64,000 nt of DNA from Trichosphaerium sp. ATCC 40318 (taxonomy: Eukaryota; Protista; Tubulinea). Below, in pieces: positions 38,148-51,200 of this stretch. How positions within the stretch are numbered: the first letter of the stretch is position 1; the number at the start of each line of letters is the position of its first letter. The stretch lies in the NCBI GenBank assembly GCA_038496445.1, contig JALMLS010000548.1, positions 1-64,000 of the forward strand. The letters are read 5' to 3'. A program made the translations under genes and the position numbers. Under the pieces are notes generated by a model. The model saw only the letters and a list, made by a program, of their open reading frames with translations. It had not been told where the DNA came from and made no database searches.

Positions 38148-38339
38148 TTTGCGTTTAGAAGATTGCTTTCCCGCTAGAATTAAAAATTATGGCGCCAAAG
38201 GAAAAGTTGACTTATTTCACTCTAACTTAAACTGTATAGCCGTTACAGAATAGAATGGCGGTTAAAATAATGTTCAATCCGAACTCTCAAGTTATACGGA
38301 GCACAAATAAAAACGTTAAGGAATAGAGTACACTTTGTT

Positions 38340-40413
38340 TTATTGTGGAGGCGTAGAGCCAGTTTCTGGCACGTGTTCTACATCTTGATTTCCAACTTGG
38401 TCTTCAATATTGGTATCTACATTGTAGATTAATTTACTGATACGTATCGTGAATAGGTACGTACCAACATCAATTGGTTGATTGGTATCTACGGTTGCAA
38501 AGGGAATATCAACACTTAAAATTTTTACGGGAGCAGCTTCCATTGCTGCTTGTAAAGCTGGATTACTCAGCGGCTTCCCTATGGATGAACCTACATGCTA
38601 TTAATACAAAATAGCTTAGTAACAAACGCACCTGGTTCGATATTCACATCCAAAATAATGTTTCCTTCATCATTTCTATGTAAATATAGTAAGCACACTT
38701 GGCTGCTGCGTAATTATTTACCTTCCACTCAAGTGAAGCTTCACAGCTTTATAACTTGTTTCAATAACTCCTGTTATAAGCGTACGCAAATTCCAAAGTT
38801 CTTCAACCGAAGGGATTTTACCTCCATCAGCGATAATGGTGCCTTTCAATCCATCTGAAACATCTACTGCTTGTATAGCTATCACAGCCTCAACAGGTGT
38901 TCCCACTTGCTCTACATTATCTATAACAAAGCTTTTTCCTATCACAGGCGTATTTGTGCGCTCTTCCTCTTCTACTGTTGTTGTACTTCCATAGGAAGCC
39001 AGATACTCGATATCAGCACTTTTTGTCTCAACATCATTCTTATCTGTTGCTTCAAAGTCATCACTGTTTGTTCCAAACTCGTATGTACTGACTAGTTTTG
39101 AACTACTTGGATTTGGTGTAGGAGAACTGCTGCTATACTGCCGTTGAGAAGGAGGCAATGCTTTGCCACCTGTCATTACCATCAAATTTTCCACTTCAAA
39201 TCGTAGTTCTATCTCACAGTTGTTACCCACTCTTTTTCTCTCCATAGTTACTCCAGAAGCTTCCAGCTTTATATTCCCAACAAAGGGATTGTTCCATCTG
39301 AATGAAAGAATTTTAGGTGGGATTTCGCCTTTAAGTTCTGCTGGAGTATAAGAGATGATACCCTTCGTTCCCAAACCATTAGAACTTGATCCAAACTCTA
39401 CCATTTCTCCAATCCCAATAGATCTTGGGCTCTCCATGCGCCATATACCTTGCAAATGGCGTTAAACGCAAAAAAAAGTAAGGAAAATTGTTCGTCAGGT
39501 GAAAGACTAAAGTACCTTGTTTGAGGGTGTGGTCACATCGCAAGAGTTTAGATGTTGTGTGATTTATAATACGTACAAGAACACTTCTTCCTGATTGCTC
39601 TAATTGCACTTTCCAGCCTTCATAAACAGTTGGTACCTAAAAACCAGTTTAAGCGAAAAACCGTTTAGCGCTTAGTGTACCCTTTGAATTGCCTTGTGTT
39701 GACCGTCTTTTGTACCAATGTTTGGATCGCGCACTGTAAATTTTACTTGAAGATGGCCCTCTACAATTTGTCGTTAGCGTGTGTCAAAGGATTATCTGAT
39801 ACGTTTTGACGCGAAATATAACGTTTTATGATCAAGACACTTATCATAAAAATTCTGTAAAGTGGTGACGTGCCTTTAACGAACCCATTTTTTTCTATAC
39901 AATACGCGTCATTGCAAAGGCGCTCAACGAAAGGTTTACCAAAAACTGTATTCGAGAACTTAAAGTTGAACGCTTCTTGATCCTGTGAGGGTTTAACGAC
40001 GCCATAGTAATGCAATACGCACGTTTATGCTATAATCAACATGACCAACAGCTCCTCGCGCAAAACGGCAACTCATTACGCCAAACTCACCTGTGTGGCC
40101 AGGTTCTATTACTTCCGGAGGAAACTAGCGATAGAACGTTATACTCAATAAACCCATCGCAAATATCAACGTACCTTACGCCATTTGCCCTGTTGCAACA
40201 TAAAATTGGTGCGAAACAGCGCGTCATCGGTTTTATTTTCTATAGTAACGCAAGCGCTTCTATTGGCCTTTTGAATCTCAGTTTTCCAGTTAGACTCTTT
40301 CTAGGCTTTGTTTAGTGCAAATGGTAATCCGTTTAACTGACTTCTTCTTTTTTTTGTTTTTGTGTCTTATAAGGCGCTGAACTACTTCGCGGACGTTCCC
40401 CTGGAATGCTCAT
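38340..40413 (-). CDS. Protein with two tandem aegerolysin/crystal-protein-like beta-sandwich domains and an acidic tail
   Basis: Repeat 1: RSACVTIENKT..LQQGKWRKFPPEVIEPG..GAVGHVDY..FKFSNTVFG. Repeat 2: RSVLVRIINHT..LKQGIWRMESPRSIGIG..GTKGIISY..FRWNNPFVG. Confidence 0.65.
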
Positions 40414-41121
40414 TAATAATAACGCCTCACCACGCTCCTTCAACTGGAATAAGTGATTGCGAAGTTAAGTACTGTACAAAAATACGTGTATTTTTAATCA
40501 CGTGCAACACTTATTATTCACTAGTTATATCCTCTAATGGCTAAGTCAACCATAAATCGATAGTGCGCAACAGTTGGGCAAGAGTGGCGCACTGCGCTTT
40601 GTCCGTGATAACACTGTATTTACACGTTCTCTTTAAACAATTGTCAATCAAAACTGCGTTGTAATCATCTACTGTTAGCAGTTACACTTTCCCAATCACG
40701 GTGTTGCAGATTCAATGAGTGTAACTACTTTTAAGAATTGCACTCGTTGTTGTACTTAATTAATATAAACTCCTTCTATGTGATTTGAGAAAATACGTGA
40801 GAAGAACAAAGCTACAGTGCTTAAATTACGTTCATATTGGAAAAGCAAAGACGACTATCATGTTACACAAAAGATATGCTAGATATCTAGGTGGCAAATA
40901 CCGTCTGGTCTCGATATCGGTGTTCAGTCCCTATTCAAAAGTCACTCCAAAGTTTGTAACCACCTGGATAATGACTGGAAAGTTTTTGTGACAGCGCACC
41001 GTTTGGACCGATAAAAATCGAAAGGAGCATCCTTGACAAAAGTTCATTTTTCGGCTTTTTGCGTGCGTTTACGGACCGGTCTGCTCATTTCGGCTCTGAA
41101 CAGCTTTAAAATCATTGTTCA

Positions 41122-41240
41122 CAACAAGCTCAGGATCTTCGGTTATTACAATACTGCTTCTTGGGTTCATTTTAACTGTACTTGCACTTTGAAAATAAAC
41201 AAACTTTTCAATACAAAATAGTTTACAGTTTAACCGTTTT
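41122..41240 (+). pseudogene. Orphan near-identical copy of the 3' end (GPI signal, stop, 3' UTR) of the surface-protein gene at 43203-43997
   Basis: Matches 43927-44045 with one substitution seen (ATACTG vs ATAATG). No upstream exons were found. Confidence 0.85.
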
Positions 41241-41890
41241 AGTGCTTTTTCTTTCCTATTGTCTTATTCAAGTTTTACTAATATTTCCTAGAACTTTTAG
41301 CAGATCTAGCAAGAATTGACACTTCTGTCAAGTGGTGTAGATCTATCACAATGTGAACTATTTGCGCGACATGCCGTCCTTCATATAACTTACTAGCGCC
41401 TACCCCGCGCTAACGAAAGCACTCTCACAGCATTCAAACAGAAAAGCAGGGATAATAGCGTGAAAACCTCCCAAAACACTATCAACACTGCTGTAGGCTT
41501 TGCAAACACAGCCAGGTGTCAATTTATATGTAAATATGTAAAAAATCAGTCTGTGGTTTGCTCTAACTGTAGGCAGTTTCAATATCCTAGTTTCATGAAC
41601 ATAATTTAATCCCGTTGCTGCATGTCAACAACGACAATAAAAAAAATACCCAACATCTCCTAACAACGAATGCAGTACTTTATATTTCGGGTAACGAAAA
41701 CAAAGCGTTCACTTAATTAAAAAACAATAAGACTCCTTAGACGCGCTAGCTGTTATTTCAGCGTCTATTTTAACACAGAACGAAAAGTGAGTTAAAATCT
41801 ATCACTGAACAAAAAACCAAAAGGAAGAAACTTCAAAACAACACAAACAAACGTAAACTTATCAAATTATATATATAAATTCCAACAACT

Positions 41891-42655
41891 ATGGCAACGC
41901 AAAGCACAATCGAGGAAATAAAGGCAACTTTTAAAGCCTACAAAGACTTTCCCAAGCAAGGTGTCACGTTTTTTGATATTCATCCACTAATGGTATGCTC
42001 TACGCCGCAAATATGTATTGCTAAACGTCCCAGCGCACTCCTGACGAGCGGAAGAAAATGCTAGATATATTAATAAACCGCTACAAAGGCAAGCTTTGTT
42101 TAGAAGTATTATCTAACGGAAGCAGGTAAAATTGATGCTGTCGTCGGGTTAGAGAGCCGAGGATACTATTTCGGTATACCACTGGCATTTGCTCTTGCTG
42201 TGCCTTTTGTACCATTACGAAAGGTATGGTGCAGTTGAGTACCTACTTATTTAACTCGTATTAGCCTGGTAAACTACCAGGAAAGCTACAGAGCGTTTCG
42301 TATGGCACCCAATATAGTAAAGACACTATATGCGTGCAAGAAGAGGCCTTACCAAAAGGCACAAAGGTAGCTGTTATTGATGACTTGTTGGTACGTATTA
42401 CAATTAGTTTACAGCACGTGCTCACATATTGCATAGGCCACAGGTGGTACTGCCGCGGCTGCTTTAGAGCTCATGAAGAAAGTTGGTGCGTACAAATTGA
42501 TGTCAACTACACTTTTTTTCTGACAGAGAAAAGGTGCTGAAGTAGTCGAGCTTCATTGTTGTGTAGAATTAGTCGATCTAGGAGGCAGAAAGAAACTTGG
42601 TGACACGAAATTCCACAGCTTATTAATTTTAGAGTTCTCTAAGACGTTGTATTAA
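41891..42655 (+). CDS. APRT: Adenine phosphoribosyltransferase
   Basis: [45 protein letters not shown]. Confidence 0.97.
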
Positions 42656-42702
42656 ATAAACTTACATATCGAAGCGCTTGAAAGTCTGTATGTCATGTTG
42701 CT

Positions 42703-42998
42703 AATATCTTGTGTGAGTTTTTTTAGGAATGTTCGAGCCGTTTAAACGACACGCGAAATAGTACGAAACCCGTTACCTGTTATCTTTTGTGTTCTTACCC
42801 AACTATTACATCTTGGTTTACACCTAAACCTTGTAAAACAATATAAAATGACGTTGGATGGGGTTTTTACGCGACCCTCTACCCATTATTCCATTTCCAA
42901 AATCTAGTGAATCCAAAAAGAACTTGAACTGTATTTCATACTTTGAATGCGTCTAGACGTGGATTTTAAGAGGTCTACCCTAAATATCTTGTGTGAGT
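42703..42998 (-). mobile_element. Putative ~265-bp retroposed (SINE-like or 5'-truncated) insertion with 16-bp target-site duplication
   Basis: AATATCTTGTGTGAGT at 42703-42718 and 42983-42998. A T-run abuts the left copy (short A-tail on the minus strand). Confidence 0.55.
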
Positions 42999-43202
42999 GA
43001 AAAAACGAAACTTCGTGGATTTTGGAATTAACAGACTGCCGGGCTACTTGTCGTACCCTTTCAATTTATTAACATGTTCCGTTCCACGTGTGAGACCCAA
43101 TTCTTGAATTTATACACCCAAACCGTCGTTTAGTTTTTACTTACGGGCTTTGACTTTATGAGTTACCACTTTTATCTCATAAACCAAAGCTTCACAACAA
43201 CC

Positions 43203-43997
43203 ATGACAACCCAGGTCATTGCTATCTTTCTTCTCACTACGTTTGTATTCACTACATCTGCTCAAATATGCGATCCTAGTACGCCCGTTTTCATACTTCG
43301 CTGTCAAACTTGACACTTCGTGACACCTACCTTCTTTTTTTTCAGTCAGTTCAACGCTAACACTTATTAGCTGCTTCTGAGAGCGATTGTTTAAACAATG
43401 ACCAATGCTTCCGTTGTTGTACTGCAGCAGCGTGCGCATGTTCATCTCGTGGAGGCTTGACTTGCCCACAAATATCAAGTACTTTCATGGCTCAATGCGA
43501 TGTGTCGCTGCAATGTGGAACATCAACTGGTGAACCAATCGCTCCTGTAGAATCTACCACACCTTGTCTGCCAAGTACGCTTCTACTCATTTTCTAAACG
43601 CTAATACCTATTAGCTGCTTCTGAGAGCGATTGTTTAAACAATGACCAATGCTTCCGTTGTTGTACTGCAGCAGCGTGCGCATGTTCATCTCGTGGAGGC
43701 TTGACTTGCCCACAAATATCAAGTACTTTCATGGCTCAATGCGATGTATCACTGCAATGTGGCGAACCACAAACAACTGAACCGCCACAAGCAACTGAAC
43801 CACCGCAAACAACTGAACCTCCGCAAACAACTGAACCACCACAAACAACTGAACCTCCGCAAACAACTGAACCTCCGCAAACAACTGAACCACCACAAAC
43901 AACTGATCCACCACAAACAACTGATCCAACAAGCTCAGGATCTTCGGTTATTACAATAATGCTTCTTGGGTTCATTTTAACTGTACTTGCACTTTGA
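43203..43997 (+). CDS. Predicted GPI-anchored surface protein: signal peptide, 2 duplicated Cys-rich exons, (PQTTEP)n mucin stalk
   Basis: MTTQVIAIFLLTTFVFTTSAQ signal peptide; exons at 43371 and 43615 are near-identical; hydrophobic C-terminus SSGSSVITIMLLGFILTVLAL*. Confidence 0.85.
43768..43929 (+). repeat. Coding 18-bp minisatellite, about 9 copies (CCACAAACAACTGAACCA-like)
   Basis: Direct reading; encodes PQTTEP repeats. Confidence 0.95.
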
Positions 43998-44137
43998 AAA
44001 TAAACAAACTTTTCAATACAAAATAGTTTACAGTTTAACCGTTTTGTGAACCTTGTAAAAGCCATTACAACTAGAAACAATACCATTACTTTGTGGCAAA
44101 AAAACGTGACACTCACAGTTTTATCATTATATGAGAT

Positions 44138-45652
44138 CTATCCCCACTTAAACTCTTTTTGCGCTCTACACTCCTCAGGCGATATCCAAGATTTGTCGTA
44201 ACGAGCTGTAGGCCACTAAGAAAGGTCAGTAAGTAAGGAAACTAATTCATGCTAACCTCATTTTCATCAAAAATTTGACCCACTATGAACAAGTTATTAT
44301 TAGCCTTCACAGCAATATAACGTACCATATTCTCCACCTACTTGTTTTAGGTAAAAACAATAAAAAGAACTATCGTACCTTGCCTCATTGTCGGGAATGG
44401 TTTTGCATTATATTGTACACATCTAAAGAATGATTAGTTTATTAACAGAAGATCATGTGTTTACTTTACACTATCATGTGATATATAATTTTTTGAATGA
44501 GATAACGATCGCCATAACTTTGCAAAGAGAAAATCTTGATCGGCGAAATATCCACGCTTTAAAGCAGTTGGCCTATTGTAGGTTAAAAAATAGTTTGTTA
44601 CGCAATCTAAAGTGTACCATCTAAGAATAGTTTTTGTCATATTGAACGGAATAGCACCTTTATTAACAAATTGATTACTTTTGGTTAAATAATCTATTTA
44701 CCTCTTTTAGCGCCCCACAGGCCACCCATCACCTTAATTCGTTACAATCAGTCATTAATATTTACATACCGGATGGGTGTGTTCTACATAGGCGTTGTTT
44801 GTATTGGTTGTTAAAAAAACAAAACGATGGATTCATTATTACATACGTGGATGATCTCGCATAAAATGTACACCTCAAACTTATGTCAAACACATAAGCC
44901 AGAAAAATATATTGTACCTTTGTTGCTTTGTATCCACTCCTTCACAGCAACACTCTCCCTAAATACAAAAAAATTTTCTCTCCAACCACCAAATGTTTTC
45001 CTCACCTAAGTCCTATTCTCGAATCCGTATCCCTGCCTATGGTGTCAATTTATCAATTTACTATCGATCCTTACCTAATAACAAAAGCGTCTACTTCGGG
45101 ATCATCTGCTATTGTAAACCGCCAGAACATCCCAAGTATGTTTCGTAGCCCTAGATTTTAAATGAGGATCAGTTGCACAGTCGAGTATCTTGCTTGGATC
45201 TAATTCAGTATTCACTCCTATAACTTCAGCGCCAAGTGTATCTAATGTTTGTATAATACCTGACGGTACAGTGGCATCCACATAGAACCTGCACTTCCAG
45301 CTATGAATTTGTTTGAAAAAATCATCAAATAATCAATATTGATTTGATTACCCTGGTAAGTAACGCTTTACGAGTTCTACGTTGCGTATAGCGCCGATTG
45401 TGTAGCGTGGGGCAGTTCCTTAGTGCGTTAGCTTTTTGATAACCAGAGAAATTAGCTACCATAAAGCGAAAACGCAACGTAGTAGTTATGCGCCTCATCT
45501 TCGTTATTGTTAACGCTGCTACGTGATATAAAAAGTAGAATGATCACTCCTACTATTACCAAAGCCACTACAAACAGAAACTTTGGAATCTGAGCGCTTT
45601 TGTGCTTTTGGCGCATTCTGGCACGTGATTTTACACATGACTTATTCCACAT
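44138..45652 (-). CDS. Type II membrane protein, putative glycosyltransferase-like (uncharacterised FSLYG / RDxDSR / LRDHP family)
   Basis: N-terminal TM anchor, then VAFSLYG, RYTIGAIRN, PGWKCRFYVD, GMFWRF, RDTDSR, AVKEW, ILRDHP, GGLWG. Confidence 0.6.
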
Positions 45653-45852
45653 CTTAAGTCAGTATTGCTGGCAAATACTTGAGTGTAGAAACAACCAAAT
45701 TAGGTCAGTTACAACTTGCAACATATCCTCTGATGAAACAATTGTAACCACTATTTGTTTATTGTATGTAGTCAAAAGTAGCGTACAACAACAGAAACAC
45801 AAAACCGTTGGCAACAATAATTTATTTCAAGTACTGAAAAAAACAACAGTAT

Positions 45853-48117
45853 TTAAAAGACGTATGGGAGGATACGGTATGGTACAACCTTACAATATTC
45901 CTTCCAGTATTTACCATATTTTCCACTGCAACGAGACTCGTCACGGAAGGTTCTGTGGACCAACAAGATAACCATGTAGATGGTGTAAAAGTGAGGTAGA
46001 AGACCTCCGAAACCGCATGAGAAACCGTAAGCAGAAGACAACATCAAATCACCAACGTAGTTGAAATGACGAGAAAGACCCCACCAACCTGAAAAATATG
46101 TGTTAGTCTACAATTTTTTGGTTGCTCGGGTTTTATCCTTTAACTGGGTTAATGGCATACCTGATGTGAGGAGGAGACTCTTATGTGTTTTACCATCAGC
46201 AGTTGAGTATTCAGCCTCAATGTATGTGGCAGGTTTACCGCTGATCAATAGTTTACCATTTTCACGTCTGAATAACCAGCGTTGGTTGTTAGAGCTTCTG
46301 AAGATGTAGTAACCTAAACGCCGTTAGGATTGCATGTTAACTTAAAGACTGCTCAAAATCTTGTCTACTTACCAGTGAGGCCCCATACTAGGATAACAGC
46401 GACAGCAACAGCAGGGAGTTTTACTAAGGTAAGAAGTAAGTAAATACCGTTGATAATTTGTTTTTGTAGAGTAGCAATTCGTACCTGGGTTAGGGACTAA
46501 CCAGTGACCTTGAAGAGTGTACATCATTGGTAACCATGTCAAATCACCCCAGGCGAGGTACCAACCGAAGTGGTCGTGAGAAATATCAATAGTTTTCAAA
46601 TACCAGTCCTCGTAGTAGAAGAAATCCAAAACGTAGATGGCCTGCAGATGATAATAAGTAAGAGAGAAACTCGGTAGTTGGTGAGCTGTGTACGCACTTG
46701 GAAGATGTTGACAAGGATAACAGAGTTAGTTACTTCACCGTAGAGTTCGTATTGCTTAAAACCGTATGACAAGTTGATCATTGTCCAGAGGATAATACCT
46801 AAAATAAATTAAAACCAAACTACGTAAAACCGTAATAAAGTACATACCTGGGCGACCATTGTGGAATAATTTAAAGTCAAAGTTTCCGAATCTAGGGTTC
46901 ATTTCTGCGCCCATGAAGAAATCGTAGATGAAGTTTCCGCTGAACTAAAGAAAGAAAATTAATAAATACGAAAGGAAAATTCCCTTTGTTAAATTGTACC
47001 TTGACATCTCCTTTGTGTGTTGGGAAGTAGATGGCTTTGAAATATGAGAACGCAGCTAGAGCGTAACCAAGGATGTTCATGAGAACAAGCATAGGACCCC
47101 AGTGATCGTAAATGATTGTGGATGATATCCAACCCTATTGTAGTTTAGGATATCATACAATAAAAAAAAGAGCTTGAAGAAAATTAAAAGTAGTTGCGTA
47201 CCATGTAGATAGCGCCAAGGAAAAGAGCGTGTGTGACTATCCAGCAGTTCAATCCGTTGACTTTGTATGGGAGCGTTTTACCACCAGGTGTCAATTGACC
47301 GTATCTATACAAAGAATGGTAAGTAAGTCTGACTAATCTGTTTTCGTGAAAGATACGAAAGAAGGCCACTTACGCGATTGGTCCAGGAACTACGAGGTAA
47401 AGGACAACTAAAAGTGAATGTCAGAAATGTGTAGAGGAGGTTTTAGTACAACTGTGAGTGATGACGAGTTGTGTTGGCATTTTTGTGCGTAAAGAAAGTA
47501 CGAAGGGAAAAAATGTATCTCCGCGCTGCTTTTCGTACCTTGCAAAGCATACCACATTAAATAAATCTTGGTGCTCTCCCAGTTAAGTACAGGCGTGAAC
47601 TCGGCAAATAGCGCATAAACTGTGCGTTCTCCATTGAAAATCTGAACAAGTTATATTAGCGTCATAGTCAATTATGTGGATCAGTGATATTGTTTTGAAG
47701 CAAAGGCGGCAATAAAAAGAATGTTTTTCGAGAACGAACGTACTTCCAACAATGGGTTAATAATGCTACCATCGTAGTGGCGCAGGGCAATATTGAAGTA
47801 CAGAACAAGGAATGGTACTGTCAAAAAGCTAATACATAGGTTAGAGTGACTGGAGTACTGTAGATTTGACACAACAAAAAACTTTTGCCTAAAGAGCACG
47901 CGCTATTGATGGCAACCAGCCACTATTTGCACTTGAGCTCGTATTATAAAATTACGTACATTATCGCGACAGTGAGAGCAGTGCCGAAGGAGACAGCGTC
48001 TTTACCACCAGCTCTTCCCCAGCGATCTTCTTTAGGCGCCTTTTTCGGCTCAGGGGAGGCGTCAGGTGACCTGCGTTCTTGTGCCAGGCGCTCGCGTTTT
48101 CTGCTACGTGTTTCCAT
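45853..48117 (-). CDS. DHCR7: 7-dehydrocholesterol reductase (ERG4/ERG24 family)
   Basis: [86 protein letters not shown]. Confidence 0.93.
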
Positions 48118-48252
48118 TCTTTCTGAACGCGTACAAAAAAAACAACAAAAAAAAAAAGGATAAAGGCAAGAAGACTTTAAGTCAAGTTGTCTCGAGAAAT
48201 TAGCTCGAATTTGAAAAGCCATCCAAGGTGAATTCACGGCGTTGGCACTACC

Positions 48253-51200
48253 ATGAATCCAACCAAGGACGAAAATATACCTGAATTGGTTCAAACTGGC
48301 GAAGAAATCAATGCTGTAGAACCTACTACAGAAAACACTGAAAACGGTGTCAATGGACTAGATAGTGTAGATGAAGCGCATTCCGAGGCACCAGAAGGCG
48401 ATGTGGATGAGAGATCGTTTACCTTTTCTCTACACGTAGAGACGCCGGCGCAGCCAATCATCGTAAAAGTAAGGCGTAATTACGCGAAGCGTACAGTTAA
48501 AAGCGTGAGTTTAATGTTTTTTCTCACAGGTCAGCTCCATGGACACCGTGCAGGATGTTCGCATATTCCTATTGGAGAGCCCTACTACTTGCTACATTAC
48601 AGCGTATCATTTAGAATTTAATGGCGAGCGTCTGCATGACTTCATCGAATTATCCGAGATTGAAGGTCTACAGGATGGTTCTAAGGTAGTTATGGTGCAA
48701 GGTACGCCTAATATTCAATTTGACATTAACAAACAAAACGCTACCGATTTACTGTTAAACCTTTACCAACACAAACTGATGCGTCGTGTTAATTTTTACG
48801 AGTGTATACTCTAAATGCAGAAAATACGATTTTTTACGTTTTCTTTAGACGACTACAATGAACGCACTGCGCGTGTGCACTTGAGAAGATTGCGAGAGCT
48901 CCTCTCTTCCGTCAGAGAATCACGTCCTACACTGTCACTTTTCTCGGCTATACGAGGTCAATCACCAAAGCCTAAAGCAGATAAAGAGTTCAGTATCACA
49001 AGCAAGAAGGCAAAGAAACGTGAAAGGCACGCTTTAAAAAAACCAATAAGGCTTCACATTACATTTTTTTGACTCGTATACCAAAATCGCGGGAAATTCT
49101 CATTAATTTTCTACAGGCAACGACAATCCCAACAAAACTGGACTGGCAAACTTCCACTCACTTGTGATTCATTTTACCCTGACAACGTACGTGCAAACTG
49201 TTGTACAAGCACATAGTCTTTCAAAGTGTCTTGAAAAACGTTGACTTGCAAATATTACTCACTAAGAAACAATTAGGTATGGGTGTACCCTACATGCATT
49301 AAAAAGTTGTGCTTCTCAGGCTGGAATCCTCCACCAGGTAATAGACGCCTAAGAGGTGATCTATTTTACTTGGACATTGAAACAATTGAAGGCGAACGTC
49401 TTAATATCACTGCATCCACTAAAGGTAAGTTATGAAATCTTTTTTGTCACAAGTTCATGTCACGAACATTTTATTGAACTCAGATATTCGTTGAATTATT
49501 TATACGCAAATTTACTTATTACTGCCCAAGGCTTTTTCGTAAACGCAACTAAAGGAAGTTCATTCTCTCCTGATCCTGCCACAAGACCTCATCGCGCACA
49601 TACCCTTGTAGACCTACTTCGTGGTGTACGTATAAACTATTTAAAGAACATACGATGTCTTTTGTTGTACCAATATTAGTTCATGACTAATTTTTTGATG
49701 TTTAGGCAAGCTCCAAGTTTTTCAGCAACTTTGATGAGTTGGTACAACTTCATCACCAATTACATCCTTTCGAGCTTGTAGAAGTACCTTTCTATGTTGG
49801 AAACCGCTGGATAGCACCAACACCACAACACGAATACGACTTACACCAAGCTGAAGAGATGATCTTCAATGCATCAGAAATTGAGCACAAGTACGTTGTC
49901 ACTTATTTTTGACATTGTCACGTTTCTTTCATTTTGTTTAACATACACTTAAGTATTATGGGACATGTACGTGACTGGAATGAGGAACTTCAAGTCGCTC
50001 GTGATCTACAACGTGGACAAATCAAAGATAGTATTGTTCGTGACCGTGTCATTTACAAAATCTACACAGAGTTCGTAGAAGCAGCAACTAAAGGAGCAAT
50101 GTGCGTTTGTGAATAATTGTAATATTGCTCGTTATTTTGACACTTTTTTCTCAAGGGAAGTTGTGAATGGAAATGTTCCACCAGTGAACCCTCAAGATCC
50201 TGAAAATCTTGGCATGTATGTGTACAACAACATCTTCTTTAGTATCGCAATGCCAGGTGTACAATTGATACCAGATACTGGTGTATACGAGGACCTTTAC
50301 AAGGCAGCCAACAACGATATGTTGTGCGCAAGATACTTTAACAAAGCCGTACGAATTCCTTTCCGTCTTTGTCATACCTGACCTTTTGCAACAGGATATT
50401 GGAGGCTTATACACACTCGCTACTGCTATAGTAAACTACAAAGGAAGACGTATTGTAGCACAAAGCATCATCCCAGGCTTGTTTACAAGTACGTTGTTTG
50501 TACTAAGGATTTATTCACGTCAGTCTATGACTAATGTTTTTTTTAAGGCTTGTTCAAGGATGATACTCTAAACATCTCTTATGGATCTCTTGATTACGGA
50601 AGAACAGTCAAACATGATGACAAGATACATGAGTTGATGGGAAAAGCAGGTAAAAAGCTTGGTATGAGAGAAACATCTGTATCAGACAAGGATGGTAAAA
50701 CTCATACACTCGCTTGTGCCGTTGAAGCAAAAGTGCGTCTTCATTTATATTTTGTTCTTTTTTTTTTTTTCGTTGCATTTGATCTAATGGTTGTTGTAGT
50801 GCATTAGAGGTATTGATGACAGGATTTATGTCATGGAACTTGTCCGTACTACTTGCAAAGATGTAAACTACCTTGGTGATAACAACCGTGGTTGTATTAT
50901 TCGTCCAGAGCTTATTGAAGAGTACAAGCAATATACTGTTAATAAACAAAAAGAACAGAGATTAAAGGAAAAAATACAAGAGTGGAAAAATGACCAAAAT
51001 TCAGTACGTTGTTTATCCTCAATATGTATGGTTTATTTTCATTTTTTGTGACTCTCCTCCTTTCTTCAGCAAGAAAATGGTGGTTCCTCACTTGCAGGCG
51101 CTAAATTCGATCCTCAGAACTACAGTTTGAATAAACTTGGTCAAAACAATAAATTACCAGTTGACAAGAAGAAGTTGCTTGAAGGAGAAAAATTCGAAGG

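Noticed and set aside
41327-41400. tRNA-like A-box (GTGGTGTAGATCTATCAC)
   Set aside because: No T-loop/B-box and no cloverleaf. I recognised no tRNA or rRNA anywhere in the window.
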